Source: Candidatus Spongiisociaceae bacterium (GTDB lineage Bacteria > Actinomycetota > Acidimicrobiia > Spongiisociales > Spongiisociaceae). Taken from it: 64,000 bases of DNA. The notes beneath the pieces are model-generated. The model did no database searches. It saw only the letters and a list, made by a program, of their open reading frames with translations, and was not told the origin of the DNA. The stretch is taken from positions 4,480,001 through 4,544,000 of the forward strand of contig OZ253564.1 of the NCBI GenBank assembly GCA_965262915.1. Direction: 5' to 3'. A program made the position numbers and the translations under genes. This document shows positions 41,436 to 51,441 of the stretch, piece by piece. The stretch's first letter is position 1, and each line of letters begins with the position of its first letter.

Positions 41436-42593
41436 CTAGCGGTCTGCCCGTGAAAGGGGGCACGGCTCTGCCACTGGTCGCTGGCGCAGCCGGCCCGGCG
41501 AGAAGTCACCAGCCTCCACACCGAGTTCGATCTGGTCCACCGGTGGCGCCCCGTCGGTTATGAGCGCCGCGGCCAGGCGGGCTGCCCCCGGAGCAGTCTG
41601 GATGCCGGTGCCGCCCTGCCCCGCCAGCCAGAAGAACCCCTCGGCGATGCTGTCGAAACCGATCACCATCGACCGGTCGGACACGAAGGAACGGAGGCCG
41701 GTCCAGGAGGAGCGCACCGTCCGGATGGCGAGCGTGGTAGCCCGGTTGATACGGTCTATCGCCAAGGCTATGTCGACCTCCTCGGGCCGAGCGTCACACG
41801 GAGCAGAGGGCTTCTCCTCGGCCGGCGAACACAGAAGTTGTTCACCGTCGGGCTTGAAGTACCACCGATGACCGATATCGATCACGGCCGGCCATCCGGA
41901 CCAATCCGGACGCCCCGGAACCATGAAGACCGTGCGGCGCATGGGAACCAGCCCGACCGGGCAGACTCCCGCCATCTCGGCCACGGCATCGCCCCAGGCC
42001 CCCGCGGCGTTCACCACCACGTCGGCGACGATCGATTCGCCGCCCGCCCGCACCGTCCAACGGCCACCTGATCGGGCAATGGCTACGACCGGAGCCGCCG
42101 ACCGTATCGTGCCGCCCGCACCACGCATTCCCCGCACGAAGGCCTGGTGGAGGGCGGCCACGTCGAGATCGGCCGCCTGCGGCTCCATCAAAGCACCCGC
42201 CAGTATCTCCGTCCTGATCACGGGCACCAGAGCGCCCACCTCGGCAGGGCTGATCGGTTGCAGGCCCACCCCGTGCGCCGCCTCGGCTTCCAGAATGTCC
42301 ATCTGGTCCGGGCGCGCGACCAGGATCACCCCCCTCGAGCTCACCAGCGGACCATCGGCCAGTCGCGCCGGAGGATTGTTGAGGAACTCCAGACTCGCGG
42401 CAGTAAGGCTCTGGATCGGTCCGGTGCCGTAACTCTCGTAGAGCACCGCCGCCGACCGCCCCGTGGTGTGGTATGCAAGCTGAGGCTCCGCTTCCACCAG
42501 CAACACGTCGCGGCCTGCCGCAGCCAGGTAGTAACCGACCGACACGCCGGCGATGCCGCCGCCTATCACCAGGATGTCGGTTGAGTAGGCCAT
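41436..42593 (-). CDS. FAD-dependent oxidoreductase (DAO / D-amino acid dehydrogenase family)
   Basis: GGGIAG, HTTGRSAA, NAAGAW, WTGLR, GQGGTGIQ. Confidence 0.9.
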   Translation of the reverse strand: MAYSTDILVIGGGIAGVSVGYYLAAAGRDVLLVEAEPQLAYHTTGRSAAVLYESYGTGPIQSLTAASLEFLNNPPARLADGPLVSSRGVILVARPDQMDILEAEAAHGVGLQPISPAEVGALVPVIRTEILAGALMEPQAADLDVAALHQAFVRGMRGAGGTIRSAAPVVAIARSGGRWTVRAGGESIVADVVVNAAGAWGDAVAEMAGVCPVGLVPMRRTVFMVPGRPDWSGWPAVIDIGHRWYFKPDGEQLLCSPAEEKPSAPCDARPEEVDIALAIDRINRATTLAIRTVRSSWTGLRSFVSDRSMVIGFDSIAEGFFWLAGQGGTGIQTAPGAARLAAALITDGAPPVDQIELGVEAGDFSPGRLRQRPVAEPCPLSRADR

Positions 42594-42911
42594 CCACCAA
42601 GCATACGAGACCCACGTTCGGCGCAGGCCTGCTTTCCATGCCGGGATCGCCGGACGTAACGGCTGCCGCTCCCGGCGAAAACCCCGGGCGGGTACGGCGA
42701 GCATCAGGCCGGTGCAGGGTCTCCGCATAGAGCTCGATCCTTGCCGACCCAGGCCGCCGGGATACGAGCAACTACAATGGACAAGGTGCAAGCTTGCCGG
42801 CGGAAGGCTATCCTGGCGCCTCGGTTCCTGAGGGCCGTCACCGGCGGTAGGTCGCCCGTAGCCCACCGGAAACCAACCCTGACAGTCCTCGTGACGAAAG
42901 GCACCTACGTC

Positions 42912-43306
42912 ATGAATACCGGAGACACCGCGTGGGTCCTGGTTGCTACGAGGCCGATCTTGTTCATGACCTTGCCCAGCCTCGCCATGGGGTCCAGTGC
43001 GATCGGAGTCCCCGACGTTCTCACCGATCAGAGCTTCGGTGGCATATTCAGTACGGTGACGGTCGCTGTCCTGGCGTTGAAGGACCTCCGGAGTAGCGGC
43101 CTCTCGGTCTGTGGCAGTAGCCTTGGACGGCCGGATCGGTTTTACAGGTCGCACGTGTACGAGGGACCGTGGTCCGCTCGGGCGCGATCGTGTTCAGGAT
43201 CGGGCAGGCGCTCGGCGCGCCGGCCGATCGGCTGCGGGCCGATCGCGAAGAGGAGATGGTAGGCCTTGACCTGGATAACCATGGTGAAAGGGCTTCTAAC
43301 CTATAA
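42912..43306 (+). pseudogene. Internally deleted, frameshifted ammonium transporter remnant
   Basis: MNTGDTAWVLVAT..LFMTLPSLAM, GGIFSTVTVAVLA..GLSV and LRADREEEMVGLDLDNHGERASNL* match the N-terminal, late and C-terminal parts of amt at 50089-51306. Confidence 0.85.
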
Positions 43307-43518
43307 CCTTTCCGGAGGAAAGAAAAGGAGGTTAGTGACCAAGACTATTGTCGACGACAACACGACCGTACTGGATTGATCCGGTTCACGGGTCCTCGGA
43401 TGGACACGGGAATCACCAACCTGGTCGCTAAAGAAGGTCAAGGCTTCTACTTGACCCGATACGGTAAAAGTCGATGCGGGTGGCGTTGGATGACACTCGA
43501 TCTAAGAAAGGAAACACA

Positions 43519-43857
43519 GTGGCAATTAGCACTGAACGGGAGGGCTGGGCGTTGGTCATCAAGGCCGAGGGCCGTATTGACGGCTCCAACGCTGCAAAGT
43601 TCCTGGATTCCGTGGAAGCTGTCATCGATCAAAGCGATGACGCCGTAATCCTAGACTTCACACAACTTGACTACATTAGTAGTGCTGGACTCAGGATAAT
43701 CCTGCTGATCGCAAAAGACCTTCGTCAAAGGAACGTGAAGTTCGCGGTCTGTTCGCTATCCAGTTCGGTCCATGAGATTTTCATGATCAGCGGATTCAAC
43801 CAGATCATAGACATCCACGATTCCTCCGCCTCCGCCGTAGCCGCGTTACAGAACTAG
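43519..43857 (+). CDS. STAS-domain anti-sigma factor antagonist (RsbV/SpoIIAA-like)
   Basis: GRID, LDFTQLDYISSAGLR with phosphoacceptor Ser; AAGGA RBS. Confidence 0.9.
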   Translation: MAISTEREGWALVIKAEGRIDGSNAAKFLDSVEAVIDQSDDAVILDFTQLDYISSAGLRIILLIAKDLRQRNVKFAVCSLSSSVHEIFMISGFNQIIDIHDSSASAVAALQN

Positions 43858-43941
43858 TTGTACAGGCACGATAAAGTTTCCGGGTCTGGTCCGGTTGAGG
43901 AAGAGCGTATATCGTAAACCTTCGAGAATAGGGGTCAGAAA

Positions 43942-45102
43942 GTGGAGACATACAAGATCCTGGTAGTTGATGATGAGCCAGACCTCCAGCCTCTTATTCT
44001 GCAGCGTATGAGGCGGAGTATTCGTTCGGGCCGTTTTACGTTTGTCTTTGCTCTAAACGGTGTGGAAGCTCTCGAACGATTGGACGAGCAACCCGACATC
44101 GACATGGTTCTCTCCGATATCAACATGCCCCGGATGGACGGGTTGACCTTACTTGAGCAGATACCGAAGGTCAACCCCAATATTCGTTCCGTGATAATCT
44201 CAGCTTACGGTGATATGAAGAATATCCGTACGGCGATGAATCGCGGTGCTTTTGATTTCGTCACTAAACCACTGGATTTCAAAGATCTGAGACACACGAT
44301 CGATCGTACTCTGCTCCATCTTCTCGAATGGCGCGAAGCACTTGCATCGCGTGATCAGCTGATCATGCTCCAGAATGAACTCGATGTCGCCAGCAAGATC
44401 CAGCAGTCGATACTACCTACAAGATTTCCAAACAGCGACAACTATCAGATCTTTGCCAGTATGGAGCCTGCCCGCAACGTCGGGGGTGATTTCTACGATA
44501 TCCTGATGTTGGAAGGCGACCATCTCGGTCTTGCCATCGCTGATGTTTCCGATAAAGGCGTACCAGCCGCTCTCTTCATGATGTCAAGTCGTACCTTGTT
44601 GAAGGGGACTGCTATTGGAGTCCCCGATCCAGGTCAAGTACTGAGAGAAGTTAATGATCTTCTTTATGAAGATAACGACGCTGCGATGTTCGTCACTGTC
44701 ATCTACGCGGTCTACTCTCCCGTCACCGGAGAGTTCAAGTACGCCAATGGCGGCCACAATCCACCTCTCATCCTACATAGCGACGGAACCTCTACGTTGC
44801 TCCCTCCGATCGGTGGAATCGCTCTCGGAGTAGCCCCAGGTATGAAGTTCCCTCAGGAGACGCTAACTCTCGCTCCGGGTGAAACGCTCTTTCTCTATAC
44901 CGACGGCGTCACCGAGGCGATGAATTCGGATCGAGAAGAGTTCGGAATGGATCGCCTACGAGAGGTGTTCGAAGGTAGGCATCCCAGAAGTTCCAAGGAG
45001 GCCAATCAGGCTGTCTTCGAAGCCGTTCATGCCTTTGCAGGGGATTATCCACAGTCGGATGATATAACTTGCCTCACACTATCTCGATTGGTAGGGCAAT
45101 GA
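43942..45102 (+). CDS. Receiver domain + SpoIIE/PP2C phosphatase (RsbU/RsbY-like)
   Basis: LVVDDE, SDINMP, FVTKP; VGGDFYD, ADVSDKG, NGGH, YTDGVTE, DDIT. Confidence 0.92.
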   Translation: METYKILVVDDEPDLQPLILQRMRRSIRSGRFTFVFALNGVEALERLDEQPDIDMVLSDINMPRMDGLTLLEQIPKVNPNIRSVIISAYGDMKNIRTAMNRGAFDFVTKPLDFKDLRHTIDRTLLHLLEWREALASRDQLIMLQNELDVASKIQQSILPTRFPNSDNYQIFASMEPARNVGGDFYDILMLEGDHLGLAIADVSDKGVPAALFMMSSRTLLKGTAIGVPDPGQVLREVNDLLYEDNDAAMFVTVIYAVYSPVTGEFKYANGGHNPPLILHSDGTSTLLPPIGGIALGVAPGMKFPQETLTLAPGETLFLYTDGVTEAMNSDREEFGMDRLREVFEGRHPRSSKEANQAVFEAVHAFAGDYPQSDDITCLTLSRLVGQ

Positions 45103-45533
45103 TCCCATCGATATCTCTCAGGATCTCCCCCAATAACAAGGAGAGTAATACTGAGATATTGGAGCGTATATCCTCTCGAGTCGAGGAAATGGGCGAGGAG
45201 GACAACTGGCCCCCTCGACTCATCTATCTGGTGAACCTTACACTCGAGGAGTTCGGAATCAACGCCCTCACCCATGGGCGCTACCATGGTCTGGACGAAC
45301 TCGAGATAACAATCAGATCCGAGACACACAGCCTGATCATCGAAATGTCTGATAACGGCGCCCCGTTCGATCCCCTCAACGATGCTCCTGTGCCGGATCC
45401 GAATGCACCGCTCGAGACCCGACCCATCGGAGGACTCGGTATCTATCTGATCCGAAAGATGGTTGACGATATCCATTACAGAAGAGAAGATGGAAGGAAT
45501 CGCCTGACCCTGATTACAGGGAGGTCTCGATAA
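45099..45533 (+). CDS. Anti-sigma factor Ser/Thr kinase (RsbW-like HATPase)
   Basis: LEEFGINALTHG, SDNGAPFDP, GGLGIYLI. Confidence 0.9.
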   Translation: MIPSISLRISPNNKESNTEILERISSRVEEMGEEDNWPPRLIYLVNLTLEEFGINALTHGRYHGLDELEITIRSETHSLIIEMSDNGAPFDPLNDAPVPDPNAPLETRPIGGLGIYLIRKMVDDIHYRREDGRNRLTLITGRSR

Positions 45534-46801
45534 AGCCTTCCTCCAGGCTGGGTGCAAGGCTCCTGATCCTCGGGCTCGGCGCCGCAGGTCTCATGGCGTC
45601 CGGTTGTGGGTCTGGTAGCGACGGGAGAACCGCAGAGTCGGCCGATTCTCGAGCAGGCCCGCCGGCCGACACGACCCTTCCTGCACCCGCGCCGACGCCG
45701 GGAGTCTCCGACCACCGCATCCTCTTCGGCCAGTCGGCCGCGTTCAGTGGACCCGCTCAGGAACTCGGCAAGGGTATGCGCCTCGGCATCGAAGCAGCCT
45801 TCCAGGAAGTGAACCGGGACGGCGGGCTCCATGGCCGCGTCCTGGAGCTCGTGTCGTACGACGACACCTACGAACCGGAACTCGCCATCGCCAACACGCT
45901 GAGCCTCATCAACAGGGAGAAGGTCTTCGCTCTGATCGGCGAGGTCGGTACACCGACATCGAGGTCGGTCACTCCCGTCGCCGCCGACGCCGGCATTCCC
46001 TATGTTGCTCCTTTCACCGGCGCCGCCTTTCTGCGCGACCAGGAATGGAGCAATATCGTCAACCTGCGGGCCTCGTATGCCCAGGAAACCGAGGAGATGG
46101 TCGAACGCCTGACCACCGACCTGGGTATTGAACGTATCGCCATCATGTATCAGGACGACTCCTTCGGCCGGACCGGCTATCAGGGCGCCTTGGCAGCGCT
46201 CCAGCGCCGAGGTATGGAGCCGGCAGCCGTCGGTCTGTATCCGCGCAACACCACCGCGGTCAAGACAGGCCTGGTGGACCTCAGGGCTGGGCGACCTGAA
46301 GCGGTGATCATCGTGGGTGCCTACAAACCGGTGGCCGCCCTGATCGCGTGGGCACGCCATGGGATGGACTACACAGGTTTCGATCCGGTGTTCGTAACCA
46401 TCTCGTTCGTGGGCAGCAACGCCTTGGCACAAGAATTGGGCCCGGCCGGAGAGGGCGTGTTCGTCACTCAGGTGGTGCCCTTCCCCACCGACGATTCGTT
46501 ACCCGTCGTGGCCGCATACCTCCGGGCTCTCTCCGCATACGATCCCGATGCCACACCCGGCTTCGTCTCGCTCGAAGGCTACCTGGCAGGAAGACTGGCC
46601 ATAGCCGGACTGGAGCGTTGCGGATCGGATGTCAACAGAGCCTGTTTTCTCGATGGCCTGCTGGAGGCTCGGACAATCAACATCGAGGGGTTGCAACTCA
46701 CCTACGGCGAGGGTGACAACCAAGGGTCGGACCAGGTCTTCCTGACCGTTATCGGCGAGGACGGCCGTTATCGACCCACGGACACGATGCGGACGGAGTA
46801 G
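45530..46801 (+). CDS. LivJ-like (type I) periplasmic binding lipoprotein; probable non-canonical start
   Basis: FGQSAAFSGPA..LG, GEVGTP, NLRASY, YQDDSFG. The signal peptide and lipobox ASGC need a start upstream of ATG 45593; an in-frame ATA at 45530 follows GGGAGGT. Confidence 0.82.
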   Translation: MKPSSRLGARLLILGLGAAGLMASGCGSGSDGRTAESADSRAGPPADTTLPAPAPTPGVSDHRILFGQSAAFSGPAQELGKGMRLGIEAAFQEVNRDGGLHGRVLELVSYDDTYEPELAIANTLSLINREKVFALIGEVGTPTSRSVTPVAADAGIPYVAPFTGAAFLRDQEWSNIVNLRASYAQETEEMVERLTTDLGIERIAIMYQDDSFGRTGYQGALAALQRRGMEPAAVGLYPRNTTAVKTGLVDLRAGRPEAVIIVGAYKPVAALIAWARHGMDYTGFDPVFVTISFVGSNALAQELGPAGEGVFVTQVVPFPTDDSLPVVAAYLRALSAYDPDATPGFVSLEGYLAGRLAIAGLERCGSDVNRACFLDGLLEARTINIEGLQLTYGEGDNQGSDQVFLTVIGEDGRYRPTDTMRTE

Positions 46802-46803
46802 TC

Positions 46804-48978
46804 ATGGGAGACAGTCTGAAGCGCCTGCTCGAACTCCGGTTCCGGATCTCGACCCAGATGTACTTCGGCATCGGCGGCGCGCTCGTGCTGACGATCGCCG
46901 CCAGTATCGTCGGATGGATCTCCTTCAACCGCGTGGATGAGGCACAGAGCCGGGTGACGGAGGGCAGCCTGCCCGAGATGGCGGCCGCCTTCCGGATCGC
47001 CGAGCACAGCAGCACGCTCGTGGCCGCCGCCCCGCGCCTGGTAGCCGCGGCCACCCCGGCCGATCTCGCAAGCGTATCCGCCGAGATCGCCGAGGCGGAG
47101 AAGGGATTCCAAGGACAGATATCTCTCCTGCAAGAGCAGGACATGGGCGAAACCAGCTACGAACAGATCCGCAGGAACGCCGAGACGCTGTTCGACAACC
47201 TGGACGAGATCGAGGACGAGATGCCCCGCATCTTCGATCTGACCGAACGGAGCGAGAGCCTGCGGGCAGAGCTCATCGACCTCCGTGACCGTCTTGATGA
47301 CATCGTCGTCCCGGCCATCGACGACCAGCTCTTCTACTTCTTGTCGGGTTACCGCGCCCTCGACCAACCCCGGTCATCCAGCGATGCGCACTTCGCGGAG
47401 CCCGAGTTCAACCGCTACCGGCATCTCGCCTCGTTGCTGGCCGACGCGACTCTGGCCACACAACTGCTGTCGAGCGCTTTCAACGTGTCGGACCCCGCTT
47501 TCATCGAGCCGCTGCAGGAGAGCTTCGAATCCGCCGCAGGCCACCTCACGATCGCCATGTCGTCCATCGGAGAGTCAGAGGTGCTCACGGAGATCCGTCC
47601 CATCTTCACCCGCCTGTTCGAGATGGGTTCCCAGGAAGGGGACGGATTCGACCTCCTGGTCCAGAAGCTCGAGCTCGACAGGCAGCAGAGGAATCTGCTG
47701 ATCAGAAACCAGGAATTGGCGCTCGCCCTGGTCGCCGAGGTGGACGGGTTGGTCACATCCGCGGAAACCGGCGCCGATACCGCCAATGTCGCCTCCGCCC
47801 AGGCCATCGGCACGGGCCGTACCCTGCTGCTCGTGATCACCGCGGTAGGGATCGCCGGGGCGCTGCTGATCAGCTGGGGGTTCGTCGGCCGCGTCCTGCT
47901 GCGCCGGATCGGCAGGCTCTCGGAGCGGATGCGACACATGGCCGACGGCGATCTGGAAGCCGAGGTGGATATCAGCGGGCGTGACGAGGTGGCCGACATG
48001 GCTTCCGCCCTGGAAGTGTTCCGGCGGCATGCCCTGGAGGTACAGCGGCTGAACCTGGTCGAGAAGCTGGCCGAGGAGCTGGGCGAGAAGAACAACCAGC
48101 TGGAGGAGGTACTGGAGGAGCTCCAGCGAGCCCAGGACCAGATAGTCATGCGGGAGAAACTGGCGGCGCTCGGTGAGGTCACCGCCGGCGTGGCGCACGA
48201 GATCCGTAACCCCCTCAACTTCGTCAAGAACTTCTCCGAGGCCTCCGAGGAACTGATCGAGGAGTTGCAGGAGATCATGGAGGAGGAAGAGCCGACCGAG
48301 GAGGACGAGGAACTGGTCGAGGAGATCATCCAGGACCTCACCGACAACCTGGAACGCATCCGTAACCACAGCGAACGCGCCAACCGTATCGTCCGCGATA
48401 TGCTCATGATGGGCCGGGGCGGGGGAGATTGGCAGCCGATCGATCTCAACACGGTGCTCAACGAACACGCCCTGCTCGCCTTCCACAGCGCCCGGGCCAC
48501 CGACCCCAATTTTCAACTCGACATCCAGCGCGATCTTGATCCGGACATGGGCAACATCGAGGCCATCCCCCAGGACCTGGGCCGGACCTTCCTCAACATG
48601 GTGGGCAACTCCTGTCAGGCAACGGACATGAAGCGCCACGCGCTCCTGGAATCCCCGCGGGACGGGGAGCCCTATGTACCCACGGTCACGCTCAAGACCC
48701 GTCGGGTCGGTGACAGGGCCGCAATCACCATCCGGGACAACGGCGACGGCATCCCCACCGATGTGATCGACAAGATCTTCAACCCGTTCTTCACCACCAA
48801 GCCCACCGACAAGGGTACAGGACTCGGGTTGGCGCTCTCGAACGACATCGTCCGCCAGCACGGCGGTACGATCAGCGTCGAATCCAGCCACGGCGAGTTC
48901 ACGGAGATGACAATCGAGCTGCCGCTCACCAAGCCGGCGACACCGGCAGTCGCACAGGACGAGGCGCCCATCGGATAG
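46804..48978 (+). CDS. Sensor histidine kinase with TorS-like extracytoplasmic domain and HAMP
   Basis: TM, long helical sensor, TM, HAMP (GRDEVADM), AHEIRNPL, DNGDGI, FFTTK, GTGLGL. Confidence 0.9.
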   Translation: MGDSLKRLLELRFRISTQMYFGIGGALVLTIAASIVGWISFNRVDEAQSRVTEGSLPEMAAAFRIAEHSSTLVAAAPRLVAAATPADLASVSAEIAEAEKGFQGQISLLQEQDMGETSYEQIRRNAETLFDNLDEIEDEMPRIFDLTERSESLRAELIDLRDRLDDIVVPAIDDQLFYFLSGYRALDQPRSSSDAHFAEPEFNRYRHLASLLADATLATQLLSSAFNVSDPAFIEPLQESFESAAGHLTIAMSSIGESEVLTEIRPIFTRLFEMGSQEGDGFDLLVQKLELDRQQRNLLIRNQELALALVAEVDGLVTSAETGADTANVASAQAIGTGRTLLLVITAVGIAGALLISWGFVGRVLLRRIGRLSERMRHMADGDLEAEVDISGRDEVADMASALEVFRRHALEVQRLNLVEKLAEELGEKNNQLEEVLEELQRAQDQIVMREKLAALGEVTAGVAHEIRNPLNFVKNFSEASEELIEELQEIMEEEEPTEEDEELVEEIIQDLTDNLERIRNHSERANRIVRDMLMMGRGGGDWQPIDLNTVLNEHALLAFHSARATDPNFQLDIQRDLDPDMGNIEAIPQDLGRTFLNMVGNSCQATDMKRHALLESPRDGEPYVPTVTLKTRRVGDRAAITIRDNGDGIPTDVIDKIFNPFFTTKPTDKGTGLGLALSNDIVRQHGGTISVESSHGEFTEMTIELPLTKPATPAVAQDEAPIG

Positions 48979-49056
48979 GAGGGTGCGACGAACGGCCGGG
49001 AGCCCCGCCGACGATCACCGGATCCGAGCGGGGCTTGTACAGCCGCATTCGGTCTC

Positions 49057-49157
49057 CTGGTGGGATGTCTGCAAAGTGATCCGGCGTGCCCTGGCAGCCA
49101 TCGGCGCCCCTCGCTGCCGGCGCATGCCACACCACCACTCCACAGACAGACCACTAG
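49057..49157. mobile_element. Family B miniature inverted-repeat element
   Basis: gccatcggcgcccctcgctgccggcgcatgccacaccacc...cagaccactag, near-identical to 54741-54841. Confidence 0.78.
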
Positions 49158-49166
49158 CATGGGCCG

Positions 49167-49865
49167 ATGGTCGGTACGACCTCGACGAACCCCTCCCCCG
49201 CCGAATTCGTCTACGTGGGTGATGTGATGTGCTCGTGGTGCTGGGGATTCGCCCCCACCCTGCACCGGCTGGAAGAACGATTCGGCCTCCCCGTGCGAGT
49301 CGTCAACGGCGGCCTGCGTCCCGGACCCCACGCCCAAGTGCTGGACGAAGATATGGCCGGATACCTGAGCCAGGCCTGGACGAAGGTGGCCGAGGCGACT
49401 GGCCAACCGTTCGACAATTCCTTCCTCGACCGGCTCGACGGGTGGAATTTCGACTCCGAATTTCCAGCGATCGCCGTGACCGCCATGCGAGATCACGACC
49501 CAGGCTCGGCGTTGCGCTTCTTCACCGATGTCCAGCACGCATTCTTCGCCGGCGGGATCGACATCACCGATCCCGCCGAGTACCGGCGCCTCGTCGAGGA
49601 CTATCCCGTCGAGCCGGGACCCTTCGTGGAGTACCTGGTCGGTGCCGAGGCGCGACGCGCGGCCTGGGAGGACTTCGAGGAGGCACGCTCGTTCGGGATC
49701 GCCTCCTTCCCCGCTCTGCTGCTGCGGGCCGACGGCAAGGTGGCGATAGTCACCAAGGGATGGCAACCCTACGAGCAGCTGGAGCCGCCACTGCACGCCT
49801 TCCTGTCGGACTCGGGTTTCTCGGTGCCCACCGGCGAGACCTGCTCGATTGAGAAGGATTGCTGA
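49167..49865 (+). CDS. DsbA family thioredoxin-fold protein
   Basis: DVMCSWCWGF, GGLR, GIASFP. Confidence 0.88.
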   Translation: MVGTTSTNPSPAEFVYVGDVMCSWCWGFAPTLHRLEERFGLPVRVVNGGLRPGPHAQVLDEDMAGYLSQAWTKVAEATGQPFDNSFLDRLDGWNFDSEFPAIAVTAMRDHDPGSALRFFTDVQHAFFAGGIDITDPAEYRRLVEDYPVEPGPFVEYLVGAEARRAAWEDFEEARSFGIASFPALLLRADGKVAIVTKGWQPYEQLEPPLHAFLSDSGFSVPTGETCSIEKDC

Positions 49866-50088
49866 CCGGCGGCCACCAACCGACAGGCCGACGGCGTGTC
49901 CCGTAGTCGGCTTGCCGCTATCAGTGCCCCCACGACACCGATCGACCCGCCCCCCGACCAAGCCGAGCAGAACCAAGATGTACTAACCTGCCGCCATGGC
50001 GTGATCTCGGGTACGTCATCGCCTCGTGGTCGGACGTCCCAAAGACCTCTGTACCGAAGACTCTGAACCCGAACAGAAGGGAGCCACC

Positions 50089-51306
50089 GTGGACACCGGT
50101 GATACCGCGTGGATAATTGTTGCTACTGCCTTGGTCCTGTTCATGACCTTGCCGGGCCTCGCCATGTTCTATGCCGGGTTGGTGCGATCCAAGTCGGCCC
50201 TCTCAGCGGTGATGCACTGCGTATCCATCACCGCCCTGGCAAGCGTGTTATGGGTGGTTATCGGTTATGCCCTGGCCTTCGGTGACAGCCAGGGGGGGGT
50301 GATCGGTGGGCTCGACAAGGTCCTCTTCATAGGCGTAGGACCGGACGCGCTGAGCGGTTCGATACCGGAAATCGTCTTTGCCATGTTCCAGATGACGTTC
50401 GCAATCATCACGCCGGCGCTCATCGTGGGAGCCTACGTAGAGCGCATCAAGTTCTCGGCCATGCTCATCATCAGCGGCGCTTGGGTTGTGCTGGTCTACG
50501 CACCGATCGCTCATTGGGTCTGGGGAGGTGGCTGGCTGAGCGAACTCGGAGTCATGGACTTTGCAGGTGGGCTCGTGGTCCACGCGAGCGCCGGTACGGC
50601 GGCCCTGGTCATCGCCTCCGCTCTAGGACCGCGGCGAGGCTTCCCCCGCCGACTCCAGCCGCCGCACAATCCCGGTATGACCGCCGCAGGCGCGGCGATG
50701 CTGTGGGTAGGTTGGTTCGGTTTCAACGGAGGTAGCGAGTTGGCCGCGAACGGCTTTGCCGGAACGGCTATCGCGGCCACCCACCTCGGCGCGGTCGGCG
50801 CGGCCATCGCTTGGTCAGCGGTCGAGTGGAAGAAGTTCGGTAAGCCCTCGTTGGTCGGCATTGTCACCGGGGTGATCGCTGGTCTCGCGACCGTTACGCC
50901 CACTTCCGGGTTCGTAGACCCGGTCGGTGGCCTGATAGTGGGTGCAATCGCCGGGGTGACATGCTTCTACGCGGTCGAACTCGTCAAGGAGAAGTGGCAT
51001 ATCGACGATTCGCTGGATGTATTCGCCGTGCACGGTGTCGGCGGGATACTGGGTACGCTGCTGGTCTCGGTTGTGGCTGTCACGGCTCTCGGAGGCAGAG
51101 GACTATCGGTCGCCAGCGGCAACATCGGCGCCCAGCTCGGCGTCCAGGCAGTAGGTGTACTGGCGACCCTCGCTTGGTCGGGCCTCATCACATATCTCAT
51201 CGTCAAGGTCACCGCAGCCCTCACCGGAGGACTGCGGGTAGACGGTCAAGATGAGTGGACGGGTCTGGATCTGGCTGTTCACGGTGAGCGTGCCTACGAT
51301 CTGTAG
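50089..51306 (+). CDS. amtB: Ammonium transporter
   Basis: GDTAW, FQMTFAIIT, DFAGGLVVH, GWFGFNGGS, DDSLDVFAVHG. Confidence 0.96.
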   Translation: MDTGDTAWIIVATALVLFMTLPGLAMFYAGLVRSKSALSAVMHCVSITALASVLWVVIGYALAFGDSQGGVIGGLDKVLFIGVGPDALSGSIPEIVFAMFQMTFAIITPALIVGAYVERIKFSAMLIISGAWVVLVYAPIAHWVWGGGWLSELGVMDFAGGLVVHASAGTAALVIASALGPRRGFPRRLQPPHNPGMTAAGAAMLWVGWFGFNGGSELAANGFAGTAIAATHLGAVGAAIAWSAVEWKKFGKPSLVGIVTGVIAGLATVTPTSGFVDPVGGLIVGAIAGVTCFYAVELVKEKWHIDDSLDVFAVHGVGGILGTLLVSVVAVTALGGRGLSVASGNIGAQLGVQAVGVLATLAWSGLITYLIVKVTAALTGGLRVDGQDEWTGLDLAVHGERAYDL

Positions 51307-51441
51307 ATCTTCCCGGCTGCTTATCCCAATTGGAATGTAGGGTTCGGGAGGCCGGTCGATCAGGTCTTGATCCGGCCGTTCTCGGCAAGGGAGCCCGGCG
51401 ACTTGTCCTCCCGGCTGACCAGAAAAGGAGAATCAGACACT

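Noticed and set aside
42607-42723. Glutamine (glnA-type) riboswitch upstream of the amt remnant
   Set aside because: There is partial resemblance (cgtt...ggacgta) but the closing GAAG/AACG strand is absent. The gagaccc/gggtctc ends may be another decayed repeat, too weak to call.
49970-50000. GlnR box upstream of amt
   Set aside because: A GTTAC a-site is present but there is no matching b-site at the expected spacing.
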